From the NCBI RefSeq assembly GCF_963921235.1, contig NC_086097.1, positions 169,200,001-169,264,000 of the forward strand: a stretch of DNA of 64,000 nucleotides. The letters run 5' to 3'. A program made the position numbers and the translations under genes. This document shows positions 35,923-50,545 of this stretch, piece after piece (the stretch's first letter is position 1; each line of letters starts with the position of its first letter). The notes beneath the pieces are model-generated. The model saw only the letters and a list, made by a program, of their open reading frames with translations, did not search any database and was not told where the DNA came from. The stretch comes from Mobula hypostoma (Eukaryota).

Positions 35923-38900
35923 GACAATAGGTGCAGGAGTAGGCCATTCAGCCCTTCGAGCCAACACCACCATTCACTGTGATCACAGCTGATCAACCAC
36001 AATCGGTTCCCTTTTCCTGCCTTCTCCCCATATCCCTTCACTCTGCTATCTTTAAGAGCTCTATCTAACTCTTTTTTGAAAGAATCCCGAGAATTGGCCT
36101 CCACTACCTTCTGAGGCAGAGCATTCCACAGAACAACCCTCTGTGTGAAAAAGTTTTTCCTCAACTCCGTTCTAAATTGTCTACCCCTTATTCTTAAACT
36201 GTGGCCTCTGGTTCTGGACTCCCCCAACATCGGGAACATATTTCCTTCCTCTAGTGTGTACAATCCCTCAATAATCTTATATGTTTCAATCAGATCCCCT
36301 CTCATCATTCTAAATTCTAGTGTATACAACCCCAGTCGCTCCAATCTTTCAACGTATGACAGTCCCGCCATCCCGGGAATTAACTTCGTGAACCTACGCT
36401 GCACTCCCTCAATAGCTAGAATGTCCTTCCTCAAATTTGGAGACCAAAACTGCACACAATATTTCAGTTATGGTCTCACCAGGGCCCTGTACAACTGCAG
36501 AAGAACCTCTTTGCTCCTATACTCAATTCCCCTTGCTATGAAGGCCAGCATGCCATTAGCTTTCTTCACTGCCTGCTGTACCTACATGCTTACTTTCAGT
36601 GACTGATGTACAAGGACACCGAGATCTCGTTGTACTTCCCCTTTTCCTAACCTGACACCATTCAGATAGTAATCTGCCTTCCTGTTCTTGCCACCAAAGT
36701 GAATAACCTCACAGTTATCCACATTAAACTGCATCTGCCATGCATCTGCCCACTGACCCAACCTGTCCAAGTCACCCTGCATTCTCATAACATCCTCCTC
36801 ACATTTCACACTGCCACCCAACTTTGTGTCATCTGCAAATTTTGCTGATGTTACTTTTAATCCCCTCATCTAAATCATTCATGTATATTGTAAATAGCTG
36901 CGGTCCCAGCACCGAGCCTTGCGGTACCCCACTAGTCACTGCCTGCCATTCTGAAAAGGACCCATTATCCCTACTCTTTGTTTCCTGTCTGCCAACCAAT
37001 TTTCTACCCATGTCAGTACCCTACCCCCAATACCATTTGCTCTAATTTTGCACACGAACCTCCTATGTGGGACCTTATCAAAGGCTTTTTGAAAGTCCAG
37101 GTACACTACATCCACTGGCTTTCCCATGTCCATTTTCATAGTCACATCCTCAAAAAATTCCAGAAGTTTAGTCAAGCATGACTTCCTCTTAGTAAATCCA
37201 TGCTGACTTGGACCTATCCTGCCACTGCTATCCAAATATGCCGCTATTATAACTTTTATAATTGATTCCAGCATCTTCCCCACCACTGATGTCAGACTAA
37301 CTGGTCTATAATTGCCTGCTTTCTCTCTCCCTCCTTTCTTTAAAAAGTGGGATAACATTAGCTACCCTCCAATCCGCAGGAACTGATCCTGAATCTGTAG
37401 AGCATTGGAAAATGATTACCAATGCGTCCACGATTTCTAGAGCCACCTCCTTAAGTAGCCTGGGATGCAGATCATCAGGCCCTGGGGATTTATCAACCTT
37501 CAGTCCCATCAGCTTACCCAACACCATTTTGTGCCTGATGCAAATTTCCTTCTGTTACCCTAGGTCCTCTGGCCACTATTACACCTGGGAGATTGTTTGT
37601 GTCTTCCCTAGTGAAGACACATCCAAAGTACCTGTTCAGCTCGTCTGCCATTTCCTTGTTCCACAGAAAACCATAGAAACCATAGAAACTACAGCACAGA
37701 AACAGGCCCTTTGGCCCTTCTTGGCTGTGCAGAACCATTTTCTGCCTAGTCCCACTGACCTGCACACGGACCATATCCCTCCATACACCTCCCATCCATG
37801 TATCTGTCCAATTTATTCTTAAATGTTAAAAAAGAACCCGCATTTACCACCTCGTCTGGCAGCTCATTCCATACTCCCACCACTCTCTGTGTGAAGAAGC
37901 CCCTCCTAATGTTCCCTTTAAACTTTTCCCCCCTCACCCTTAACCCATGTCCTCTGGTTTTTTTCTCCCCTTGCCTCAGTGGAAAAAGCCTGCTTGCATT
38001 CACTCTATCTATACCCATCATAATTTTATATACCTCTATCAAATCTCCCCTCATTCTTCTACGCTCCAGGGAATAAAGTCCTAACCTATTCAACCTTTCT
38101 CTGTAACTGAGTTTCTCAAGTCCCGGCAACATCCTTGTAAACCTTCTCTGCACTCTTTCAACCTTACTTATATCCTTCCTGTAATTTGGTGATCAAAACT
38201 GAACACAATACTCCAGATTCGGCCTCACCAATGCCTTATACAACCTCATCATAACATTCCAGCTCTTATACTCAATACTTTGATTAATAAAGGCCAATGT
38301 ACCAAAAGCTCTCTTTACGACCCTATCTACCTGTGACGACACTTTTAGGGAATTTTGTATCTGTATTTCCAGGTCCCTCTGTTCCACTGCACTCCTCAGT
38401 GCCTTACCATTAACCCTGTATGTTCTACGTTGGTTTGTCCTTCCAACGTGCATACCTCACACTTGTCAGTATTAAACTCCATCTGCCATTTTTCAGCCCA
38501 TTTTTCCAGCTGGTCCAAGTCCCTCTGCAGGCTCTGAGAACCTTCCTCACTGTCTACTACACCTCCAATCTTTGTATCATCAGCAAACTTGCTGATCCAA
38601 TTTACCACATTATCATCCAGATCATTGATATAGATGACAAATAACAATGGACCCAGCACTGATCCCTGTGGCACACCACTAGTCACAGGCCTCCACTCAG
38701 AGAAGCAATTCTCTACCACCACTCTCTGGCTTCTTCCATCGAGCCAATGTCTAATCCAATTTACCACCTCTCCATGTCTACCTAGCGACTGAATTTTCCT
38801 AACTAACCTCCCATGCGGGACCTTGTCAAAGGCCTTACTGAAGTCTATGTAGACAATATCCACTGCCTTCCCTTCATCCACTTTCCTGGTAACCTCCTCG

Positions 38901-40267
38901 AAAAACTCCAACAGATTGGTCAAACATGACCTACCACGCACAAAGCCATGTTGACTCTCCCTAATAAGCCCCTGTCTATCCAAATGCTTGTAAATTCTGT
39001 CTCTTAGTACTCCCTCCAATAACTTACCTACTACTGACGTTAAACTCACCGGCCTATAATTTCCCAGATTACTTTTCGATCCTTTTTTAAACAACGGAAC
39101 AACATGAGCCACTCTCCAATCCTCCGGCACTTCACCCGTAGACAGCGGCATTTTAAATATTTCTGCCAGGGCCCCCGCAATTTCAACACTAGTCTCCTTC
39201 AAGGTCCGAGGGAACACTCTGTCAGGTCTCGGGGATTTATCCACTTTAATTTTCCTCAAGACAGCAAGCACCTCCTCCTTTTCAATCTGTACAGTTTCCA
39301 TGGTCTCACTACTTGATTCCCTCAATTCCATAGATTTCATGCCAGCTTCCTTAGTAAATACAGATGCAAAAAACCTATTTAATAATAATTCCCCATAATA
39401 ATTTCAGCCGTTTCTGTCTTCAAGGGCCCAACTTTCGTCTTAACTAATTTTTTCCTCTTCACATACCTAAAGAAGCTTTTACTATCCTCCTTTATATTTT
39501 TGGCTAGCTTACCTTCGTACCTCATCTTTTCCCCCCGTATTGCCTTTTTAGTTCTCTTCTGTTGCTCCTTAAAAGTCTCCCAATTCTCTGGCTTCCCACT
39601 CATCCTTGCTATGTTATACTTCCTCTCTTATTTTTATACTGTCCTTAACTTCCCTTGTCATCCATGGTGGCCCCTTACTCCCCTTAGAACCTTTCTTCCT
39701 CTTTGGAATGAACTGATCCTGCATCTTCTGTATTATTCCCAGAAATACCTGCCATTGTTGTTCCACGGTCATCCCTGCTAGGGTATCTTTCCAGTCAATT
39801 TTTGCCAGCTCCTCCCTCATGTGTCCTTAGTCCCCTTTGTTCAACTGTAATACTGACACTTCCAATCTTCCCTTCTCCCTCTCAAATTGTAGATTAAAAC
39901 TTATCATATTATGGTCACTCCCTCCTAATGGCTCCTTTACCTCGAGTTCCTTTATCAAATCTGGCTCATTACACAACACTAAATCCAGAATTGCCTTCTC
40001 TCTGGTAGGCTCTAATACAAGCTGCTCTAAGAATCCATCTCTGAGGCATTCCACAAACTCCCTTTCTTGGGGTCCAGTACCAACCTGATTTTCCCAGTCT
40101 ACCTGCATGTTAAAATCCCCCAGAGCAACCATAGAATTATTTTTGCGACATGCCAATTTTAACTCTTGATTTAACTTGCACCCTATATCGAGGCTACTGT
40201 TTGGGGGCCTGTAGATAACTCCCATCAGGGTCTTTTTGCCCTTATAGTTTCTCAGTTCTATCCAAAG
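35923..40267 (-). mobile_element. CR1-A (endonuclease to 3' end), interrupted at 37666-39388
   Basis: [38 protein letters not shown] (35917-35922 and 40268-40273). Confidence 0.92.
37666..39388 (-). mobile_element. CR1-B nested in CR1-A
   Basis: 314-aa RT ORF 38396-39340; (TTTCTATGG)n tail; near-TSD TTCCACA/TTCCCCA. Confidence 0.92.
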
Positions 40268-40279
40268 GACATACATGTA

Positions 40280-43200
40280 GACCATAAGACCATAAGATAA
40301 AGGAGCAGAAGTAGGCCATTCGGCCCATCGAGTCTGCTCCGCCATTTTATCATGAGCTGATCCATTTTATCCTCTTTGGTCCCACTGCCCCTCCTTCTCA
40401 CCAGAACCTTTGATGCCCTGGCTACTCAAATACCCATCAATCTCTGCCTTAAAGACACACAATGACTTGGCCTCCACTGCTGCCCATGGCAACAAATTCC
40501 ATAGATTCACCATCCTCTGACTAAAAAAATTTTTTCGCATTTCTGTTCTGAAAGGGCGCCCTTCAATCCTGAAGTCATGCCCTCTCGTACTAGACTCCCC
40601 CATCATGGGAAACAACTTTGCCACATCCACTCTGTCCATGCCTTTTAACATTCGATATGTTTCTATGAGGTCTCCCCTCATTCTTCTAAACTCCAAGGAA
40701 TACAGTCCAAGAGCGGACAAACGTTCCTCATATGTTAACCCTCTCATTCCCGGAATCATTCTAGTGAATCTTCTCTGTACCCTCTCCAACGTCAGCACAT
40801 CCTTTCTTAAATAAGGAGACCAAAACTGCCCACAGTACTCCAAGTGAGGTCTCACCAGCGCCTTATAGAGCCTCAACATCACATCCCTGCTCCTATACTC
40901 TATTCTACATGTAGATTGGGTGAACCAAATTGGTAAAGGTGCTGAGGAAGAGGATTTCTTGGAATGTATGCAGGATGGTTTTTTGAACCAACATGTCGAG
41001 GAACCAACTAGAGAGCAGGCTATTCTAGACTGGGTTTTGAGCAATGAGGAAGGGTTAATTAGCAACCTTGTCGTGAGAGGCCCCTTGGGTAAGAGTGACC
41101 ATAATATGGTGGAATTCTTCATTAAGATGGAGAGTGACATAGTTAATTCAGAAACAAAGGTTCTGAACTTAAAGAGGGGTAACGTTGAAGGTATGAGGAC
41201 GTGAATTAGCTAAGATAGACTGGCAAATTACACTTAAAGGATTGACGGTGGATATGCAATGGCAAGCATTTAAGGATTGCATGGATGAACTACAACAATT
41301 GTTCATCCCAGTTTGGCAAAAGAATAAATCAAGGAAGGTAGTGCACCCGTGGCTGACAAGAGAAATTAGGGATAGTATCAATTCCAAAGAAGAAGCATAC
41401 AAATTAGCCAGAAAAAGTGGCTCACCTGAGGACTGGGAGAAATTCAGAGTTCAGCAGAGGAGGACAAAGGGCTTAATTAGGAAGGGGAAAAAAGATTATG
41501 AGAGAAAACTGGCAGGGAACATAAAAACTGACTGTAAAAGCTTTTATAGATATGTGAAAAGAAAAAGATTGGTTAAGACAAATATAGGTCCCCTGCAGAC
41601 AGAAACAGGTGAATTGATTTGGGGAGCAAGGACATGGCAGACCAATTGAATAATTACTTTGGTTCTGTCTTCACTAAGGAGGACATAAATAATCTTCCAG
41701 AAATAGTAGGGGACAGAGGGTCCAGTGAGATGGAGGAACTGAGTGAAATACATGTTAGTAGGGAAGTGGTGTTGGGTAAATTGAAGGGATTAAAGGCAGA
41801 TAAATCCCCAGGGCCAGATGGTCTGCATCCCAGAGTGCTTAAGGAAGTAGCCCAAGAAATAGTGGATGCATTAGTGATAATTTTTCAAAACTCGTTAGAT
41901 TCTGGACTAGTTCCTGAGGATTGGAGGGTGGCTAATGTAACCCCACTTTTTAAAAAAGGAGGGAGAGAGAAACCGGGGAATTATAGACCGGTTAGCCTAA
42001 CGTCGGTGGTGGGGAAACTGCTGGAGTCAGTTATCAAAGATGTGATAACAGCACATTTGGAAAGCGGTGAAATCATCGGACAAAGTCAGCATGGATTTGT
42101 GAAAGGAAAATCATGTCTGACGAATCTCATAGAATTTTTTGAGGATGTAACTAGTAGAGTGGATAGGGGAGAACCAGTGGATGTGGTATATTTGGATTTT
42201 CAAAAGGCTTTTGACAAGGTCCGACACAGGAGATTAGTGTGCAAACTTAAAGCACACGGTATTGGGGGTAAGGTATTGATGTGGATAGAGAATTGGTTAG
42301 CAGACAGGAAGCAAAGAGTGGGAATAAACGGGACCTTTTCAGAATGGCAGGCAGTGACTAGTGGGGTACCGCAAGGCTCAGTGCTGGGACCCCAGTTGTT
42401 TACAATATATATTAATGACTTGGATGAGGGAATTAAATGCAGCATCTCCAAGTTTGCGGATGACACGAAGCTGGGCGGCAGTGTTAGCTGTGAGGAGGAT
42501 GCTAAGAGGATGCAGAGTGACTTGGATAGGTTGGGTGAGTGGGCAAATTCATGGCAGATGCAATTTAATGTGGATAAATGTGAAGTTATCCACTTTGGTG
42601 GCTAAAATAGGAAAACAGATTATTATCTGAATGGTGGCCGATTAGGAAAAGGGGAGGTGCAACGAGACCTGGGTGTCATTATACACCAGTCATTGAAAGT
42701 GGGCATGCAGGTACAGCAGGCGGTGAAAAAGGCGAATGGTATGTTGGCATTTATAGCGAGAGGATTCGAGTACAGGAGCAGGGAGGTACTACTGCAGTTG
42801 TACAAGGCCTTGGTGAGACCACACCTGGAGTATTGTGTGCAGTTTTGGTCCCCTAATCTGAGGAAAGACATCCTTGCCATAGAGGGAGTACAAAGAAGGT
42901 TCACCAGATTGATTCCTGGGATGGCAGGACTTTCATATGAAGAAAGACTGGATGAACTGGGCTTGTACTCGTTGGAATTTAGAAAATTGAGGGGGGATTT
43001 GATTGAAGCGTATAAAATCCTAAAGGGATTGGACAAGCTAGATGCAGGAAGATTGTTCCCGATGTTGGGGAAGTCCAGAACGAGGGGTCACAGTTTGAGG
43101 ATAAAGGGGAAGCCTTTTAGGACCGAGATTAGGAAAAACTTCTTCACACAGAGAGTGGTGAATCTGTGGAATTCTCTGCCACAGGAAACAGTTGAGGCCA

Positions 43201-46200
43201 GTTCATTGGCTATATTTAAGAGGGAGTTAGATATGGCCCTTGTGGCTATGGGGATCAGCGGGTATGGAGGGAAGGCTGGTGCAGGGTTCTGAGCTGGATG
43301 ATCAGCCATGATCATAATAAATGGCGGTGCAGGCTCGAAGGGCCGAATGGCCTACTCCTGCACCTATTTTCTATGTTTCTATGTTTCTATTCCTCTAGAA
43401 ATGAATGCCAACATTGCATTCGCCTTCTTCACTACCGACTCAACCTGGAGGTTAACTTTAAGGGAATCCTGTACGAGGACTCCCAAGTCCCGTTGCATCT
43501 CAGAACTTTGAATTCTTTCCCCATTTAAATAATAGTCTGCCCGTTTATTTTTTCTGCCAAAGTGCATAACCATACACTTTCCAACATTATACTTCATTTG
43601 CCACTTCTCTACCCATTCTTCCAATCTATCCAAGTCTCTCTGCAGACTCTCCGTTTCCTCAGCACTACCGGCCCCTCCACCTGTCTTCATATCGTCAGCA
43701 AACTTAGCCACAAAGCCCTCTATTCCATAATCCAAATCGTTGATGTACAATGTAAAAAGAAGCGGCCCCAACACTGATCCCTGTGGAACACCACTGGTAA
43801 CCGGCAGCCAACCAGAATAGGATCCCTTTATTCCCACTCTCTGTTTCCTGCCAATCAGCCAAGGCTCTATCCACGTATGTAACTTTCCTGTAATTCCATG
43901 GGCTCTTATCTTGTTAAACAGCCTCATGTGTGGCACCTTGTCAAAGGCCTTCTGAAAATCCAAATATACAACATCCACTGCATCTCCCTTGTCTAGCCTG
44001 CTGGTAATTTCCTCAAAAAATTGTAATAGGTTTGTCAGGCAGGATTTTCCTTGAAGGAATCCATGCTGAGTTCTGCCTATCTTGTCATATGCCTCCAGGA
44101 CTCTGTAATCTCATCCTTGACAATCGACTCCAACAACTTCCCAACCACCGACGTCAAGCTAACAGGTCTATAATTTCCTTTTTGCTTCCTTGCCCCCTTC
44201 TTAAATAGCGGAGTGACATTTGCAATCTTCCAGTCCTCCGGAACCATGCCAGAATCTATCGACTTTTGAAAGATCATCGCTAATGCCTCCGCAATCTCCA
44301 CAGCTACTTCCTTCAGAACACGAGGGTGCATTCCATCTGGTCCAGGAGATTTATCAACCTTTAGCCTATTCAGCTTCCTGAGTACTTTCTCTGTCGTAAT
44401 TGTGACTGCGCACACTTCTCTTCCCTGCCACCCTTGAGTGTCCGGTATCCTGCTGTCTTCCTCAGTGAAGACTGATGCAAAATACTTGTTCAGTTCCTCT
44501 GCCATCTCCTCATCTCCCATTACAATTTCTCCAGTATCATTTTCTATCAGTCCTATATCTACTCTCACCTGTCTTTTACTCTTTATATACTTGAAAATGC
44601 TTTTAGTATCCTCTTCGATATTATTTGCTAGTTTCCTTTCATAGTTAATCTTTTCTCTCTTAATGACCTTCTTGGTTTCCTTTTGTAAGGTTTTAAAGAC
44701 TTCCCAATCCTCTGTCTTCCCACTAATTTTTGCTTCCTTGTATGCCCTCTCCTTAGCTTTAACTTTGGCTTTGACTTCTCTTGTCAACCACGGTTGCATC
44801 CTTTTTCCAATCGAAAATTTCTTCTTTTTTGGAATATACCTGTCTTGCACATTCCTCATTTCTCGCATAAACTCCAGCCACTGCTGCTCTGCCGTCTTTC
44901 CCGCCAGTGTCTCTTTCCAGTCAACTTTGGCCAGTTCCTCTCTCATGCCACTGTAGTTTCCTTTACTCCACTGAAACACCAACACATCAGATTTAGGTTT
45001 CTCTTTTTCTAATTTCACAGTGAACTCAATCATGTTATGATCACTGCCTCCTAAGGATTCCTTCACCTCAATCTCTCCAATCACCTCCGGTTCATTACAC
45101 AATACCCAGTCCAGTACAGCCGATCCCCTAGTGGGCTCAACAACAAGCTGTTCTAAAAAGCCATCTCGCAGACATTCTACAAATTCTCTCTCTTGAGATC
45201 CAGTGCCGACCTGATTTTTCCAATCTACTCGCATGTTAAAATCCCCCACAATTATCATAACACTGCCCTTCTGACAAGCTTTTTCTATTTCCAGTTGTAA
45301 TTTGTAGTCCACATCCCTGCAGCTGTTTGGAGGCCTATAAATAACTGCCATCAGGGTCCTTTTACCCCTGCTATTCCTTAGCTCAACCCATAAAGATTCT
45401 GCACCTTCCAATCCTATATCACCTCTTTCTAATGATTTAATATCATTTCTTACCAATAAAGCCACGCCTCCCCCTCTGCCTACCTTCCTATCCTTCCGAT
45501 ACACCGTGTATCCTTGGACGTTCAGCTCCCAGAGACATGCATCCTTTAGCCAGGTCTCAGTGATGGTCACAATATCATACCTGCCAATCTGTAGCTGTAC
45601 AACAAGATCATCCACCTTATTTCTTATGCTGCGTGCATTTAAGTACAACACCTTAAGACCAGTATTTGATACTTTTTGCTTTGATTTCACTGCAACTTTA
45701 TTGCACTGCAACTCATCCCAATGGCTACACATTTGCCCCATCACCTGCCTGTCTTTCCTGACATCTTTACTGCTCACTATCTTTGATTTATTTCTGTTTT
45801 CCCCTTCCTCCGCTCTATCATTCCGGTTCCCATCCCCCTGCCAAATTAGTTTAAACCCTCCCTAACAGCTCCATTAAACTTTCCCGCCAGGATATTGGTC
45901 CCCTTCGGGTTCAGGTGTAACCTGTCCTTTTTGAACAGGTCATACTTCCCCCAGAAGAGATCCCAATTATCCAAGAATCTGAAGCCCTGCTCCCTACACC
46001 AGTCTCTCAGCCACGCATTCATCTACCTGATCCGACTACTCTTGCCCTCGCTAGCACTTGGCACAGGTAGGAATCCCGAGATTACTAGCCTGGAGGTCCT
46101 GCTTCTCAGCTTCCTTCCTAACTCCTGGAAATCTCTCTTCAGGACCTCCTCCTTTGTCCTATCTATGTCATTGGTACCAACACGTACCAAGACAACTGGT

Positions 46201-46469
46201 TGCTCACCCTCCCCCTTTAGAATATTCAGGACCCGATCCGAGACATCCCGTACCCTGGCACCTGGGAGGCAACACACCATGCGGGTATCTCTGTCAAGCT
46301 CACAGAATCTCCTGTCTGTTTCCCTGACTATGGAATCCCCCACGACTACCGCATTTCTCTTCACCCTCCTTCTCTCCTGCACAACAGCGCCAGGCTCAGT
46401 GCCAGAGACCCGGTCACAGTGGGCGTCCCCCGTCAAGTCATCCCCCTCAACAGCATCCAGAACAAGATA
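40280..46469 (-). mobile_element. CR1-C, nearly full length (ORF1 esterase, endonuclease, RT), interrupted at 40906-43385
   Basis: ORF1 SGNH motifs VVGDSIVR and VGTND (46023-46436); ORF2 YLNARS, ITETW, GDFN, SDHN (44077-45777); RT 43379-43978; TSD ATGTA (40275-40279 and 46470-46474). Confidence 0.93.
40906..43385 (+). mobile_element. CR1-D nested antisense inside CR1-C
   Basis: 328-aa RT ORF 41619-42605; (TTTCTATG)n tail; 7-bp TSD TCTATTC (40899-40905 and 43386-43392). Confidence 0.93.
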
Positions 46470-47483
46470 ATGTACTTTGATAATAAATTTTGTTCAACTA
46501 TGTTCACTGAAGGAGACATAAATATAAAAGATAGAGGAACCATGTCTAAACAAAAAAAGAGATGTGGCAGTCCAGCAGGTAATAGACTTGAAGAATACTA
46601 TCCTGATGTTGAATAGGAAAAAAAAATGGCATGCATGGAAAACAAACTTGGGAATTAAGAATTAGACAAACTAAATGACTTTGACTTTGCCATGTAGTGG
46701 AAGAAAGAGAGGTCACTATTTCATGGGACTGCTCTGCAATCTCCATTTTTTGAACTGTCCTTTGAACTGGTTTTGCTCAGGGACAACTGGATTAAAGCTA
46801 TTAAAAGTAGACACAATGAGGCCCCTAGTGATAATCTGCTGATCTATAGATCATTTCTGAATAAAAAAGGTTGGAATCTGAGGGAGCTTTGGATGCAAAG
46901 CAGCAAGAACCCCAGAGACTAACAACCATAAGGAAGAACCCATCTGCCCATGCTAGAGACAGGGAGAAGGATCAATCCTTTGGCCAGCAGGAGATCCTCT
47001 ATTTCAGTGTTATAAATTGAAGTGATGATCTGAGCGAGTGTTGGTACAAAGGGAACAACAGACTTAAACTATTGGCCCGCTGTCAATATAGTTTATATTG
47101 ATACATAATGAGAGATAATAAAGTGCAAGTTTTTTTATTAATTAAGATTTATATAATGAATTGCCAAACTTGGGTCAGTTTGCTATAGGACAACAACTTA
47201 ATACCAACTCTTCAGGTAGATGTACTCCAAGCAGAGGGTGCAGATGTGCAAGAACCATCTTGCCAACATGCTACTACCCTTCCCAGTAAGTTATTTGCTT
47301 TAGTTCCACTAACAGAGAGAAAGACAATTTTTAGTAAAATTGCTCAGAGAAGAATAAACTTGTTTCAACCATTAACTGCATTACCATTTTCAAATTTCTA
47401 AACATTTCAAATTATGAAGCCTTGCATTTCAACAAAGTTCACAAACATTAGTTGTCTGAAAAACAATTACCAATATAGCTCAC

Positions 47484-47560
47484 CTTTACATATGGAGATT
47501 CAAATGATAAAAACCATTGTACAGTTTCTTCGCTATCATTTTCAATTTCCAGTAATGACT
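47484..47560 (-). CDS. CEP192: CEP192-like exon (77 nt)
   Basis: ctaacacag|AG...AAG|gtgagc; (E)SLLEIENDSEETVQWFLSFESPYVK, similar to ELENHGTTDVKWHLSSLAPPYVK; phase 1 to 0. Confidence 0.9.
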
Positions 47561-47959
47561 CTGTGTTAGGATCAACAAAAATATCATCAGTAAATTGGTC
47601 CTGGCTCAAGCATTTAAATTTAGGCCAATATTTTAGTCTCATACTTAGGGTCTGCATTTTTTTGGGGTTTCTCTTCTAGATCCCTCTCATGCTTCATTGA
47701 TGCTCACTTTACCCATGAGATGTCTCTGTTCTCACAACCCTTCTTTCAGAAAGCTGTTAACCAGACAAATTCACTTTCCAAACCCAAGATTAAACAAATT
47801 TCCTTCTTGAAGTGTACTCTGTAAATGCTTATCTCAAAAAGTTAACACTTTATTAATCCGCAAACAACAGGAATTCTGCAGACGCTGGAAATTCAAGCAA
47901 CATACATCAAAGTTGCTGGTGAACGCAGCAGGCCAAGCAGCATCTATAGGAAGAGGCGC

Positions 47960-47995
47960 AGTCGACGTTTCAGGCCGAGACCCTTCGTCAGGACT
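47960..47995 (-). ncRNA. Minimal type I hammerhead ribozyme motif
   Basis: Full consensus AGTCCTGACGAAGGGTCTCGGCCTGAAACGTCGACT. Confidence 0.82.
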
Positions 47996-50509
47996 AACTG
48001 AAGGAAGAGTGAGTAAGGGATTTGAAAGCTGGAGGGGGAGGGGGAGATGCAAAATGATAGGAGAAGACAGGAGGGGGAGAGATAGAGCCGAGAGCTGGAC
48101 AGGTGATAGGCAAAAGGGGATACGAGAGGATCATGGGACAGGAGGTCCGGGAAGAAAGACGGGGGGGGGGGTTGACCCAGAGGATGGGCAAGAGGTATAT
48201 TAGGAGGGACAGAGGGAGAAAAAGGAGAGTGAGAGAAAGAATGTGTGCATAAAAATGAGTAACAGATGGGGTACGAGGGGGAGGTGGGGCCTTAGCGGAA
48301 GTTAGAGAAGTCGATGTTCACGCCATCAGGTTGGAGGCTACCCAGACAGAATATAAGGTGTTGTTCCTCCAAACTGAGTGTGGCTTCATCTTTACAGTAG
48401 AGGGGGCCATGGATAGACATGTCAGAATGGGAATGGGATGTGGAATTAAAATGTGTGGCCACTGGGAGATCCTGCTTTCTCTGGCGGACAGAGCGTAGAT
48501 GTTCAGCAAAGCGGTCTCCCAGTCTGCGTCGGGTCTCACCAATATATAAAAGGCCACATCGGGAGCACCGGACGCAGTATATCACCCCAGTCGACTCACA
48601 GGTGAAGTGATGCCTCACCTGGAAGGACTGTTTGGGGCCCTGAATGGTGGTAAGGGAGGAAGTGTAAGGGCATGTGTAGCACTTGTTCCGCTTACACGGA
48701 TAAGTGCCAGGAGGGAGATCAGTGGGGAGGGATGGGGGGGACGAATGGACAAGGGAGTTGTGTAGGGAGCGATCCCTGCAGAATGCAGGGGGGGGGGAGG
48801 GAAAGATGTGCTTAGTGGTGGGATCCCGTTGGAGGTGGCGGAAGTTACGGAGAATAATATGTTGGACCCGGAGGCTGGTGGGGTGGTAGGTGAGGACCAG
48901 GGGAACCCTATTCCTAGTGGGGTGGTGGGAGGATGAAGTGAGAGCAGATGTACGTGAAATGGGGGAGATGCGTTTAAGAGCAGAGTTGATAGTGGAGGAA
49001 GGGAAGCCACTTTCTTTAAAAAATGAAGACATCTCCCTCGTCCTAGAATGAAAAGCCTCATCCTGAGAGCAGATGCGGCGGAGACGGAGGAATTGCGAGA
49101 AGGGGATGGCGTTTTTGCAAGAAACAGGGTAAGAAGAGGAATAGTCCAGATAGCTGTGAGAGTCAGTAGGCTTATAATAGACATCAGTGGATAAGCTGTC
49201 TCCAGAGACAGAGACAGAAAGATCTAGAAAGGGGAGGGAGGTGTCGGAAATGGACCAGGTAAACTTGAGGGCAGGGTGAAAGTTGGAGGCAAAGTTAATA
49301 AAGTTATTAAATTTATTAATAAAGTTAATAAATAATGACTCTCACAGCTATCGGGACTATTCGTCTTCTCACCCTGTCTCTTACAAAAACGCCATCCCCT
49401 TCTCGCAATTCCTCCGTCTCCGCCGCATCTGCTCTCAGGATGAGGCTTTTCATTCTAGGACGAGGGAGATGTCTTCATTTTTTAAAGAAAGGGGCTTCCC
49501 TTCCTCCACTATCAACTCTGCTCTTAAACGCATCTCCCCCATTTCACGTACATCTGCTCTCACTCCATCCTCCCACCACCCCACTAGGAATAGGGTTCCC
49601 CTGGTCCTCACCTACCACCCCACCAGCCTCCGGGTCCAACATATTATTCTCCGTAACTTCCGCCACCTCCAACGGGATCCCACCACTAAGCACATCTTTC
49701 CCTCCCCACCTCTCTCTGCATTCCGCAGGGATCGCTCCCTACACAACTCCCTTGTCCATTCGTCCCCCCCATCCCTCCCCACTGATCTCCCTCCTGGCAC
49801 TTATCCGTGTAAGCGGAACAAGAGCTACACATGCCCTTACACTTCCTCCCTTACCACCATTCAGGGCCCCAAACAGTCCTTCCAGGTGAGGCATCACTTC
49901 ACCTGTGAGTCGACTGGGGTGATATACTGCGTCCGGTGCTCCCAATGTGGCCTTTTATATATTGGTGAGACCCGACGCAGACTGGGAGACCGCTTTGCTG
50001 AACATCTACGCTCTGTCCGCCAGAGAAAGCAGGATCTCCCAGTGGCCACACATTTTAATTCCACATCCCATTCCCATTCTGACATGTCTATCCACGGCCT
50101 CCTCTACTGTAAAGATGAAGCCACACTCAGGTTGGAGGAACAACACCTTATATTCCGTCTGGGTAGCCTCCAACCTGATGGCATGAACATCGACTTCTCT
50201 AACTTCCGCTAAGGCCCCACCTCCCCCTCGTACCCCATCTGTTACTCATTTTTATGCACACATTCTTTCTCTCACTCTCCTTTTTCTCCCTCTGTCCCTC
50301 TGAATATACCTCTTGCCCATCCTCTGGGTCAACCCACCCCCCTTGTCTTTCTTCCCGGACCTCCTGTCCCATGATCCTCTCGTATCCCCTTTTGCCTATC
50401 ACCTGTCCAGCTCTTGGCTCCATCCCTCCCCCTCCTGTCTTCTCCTATCATTTTGCATCTCCCCCTCCCCCTCCAGCTTTCAAATCCCTTACTCACTCTT
50501 CCTTCAGTT

Positions 50510-50545
50510 AGTCCTGACGAAGGGTCTCGGCCTGAAACGTCGACT
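50510..50545 (+). ncRNA. Minimal type I hammerhead ribozyme motif
   Basis: Full consensus AGTCCTGACGAAGGGTCTCGGCCTGAAACGTCGACT. Confidence 0.82.

Noticed and set aside
36145..46470. Antisense ORFs over CR1 RT and ORF1 regions
   Set aside because: Typical reverse-strand shadows of CR1 coding sequence with no independent gene signals.
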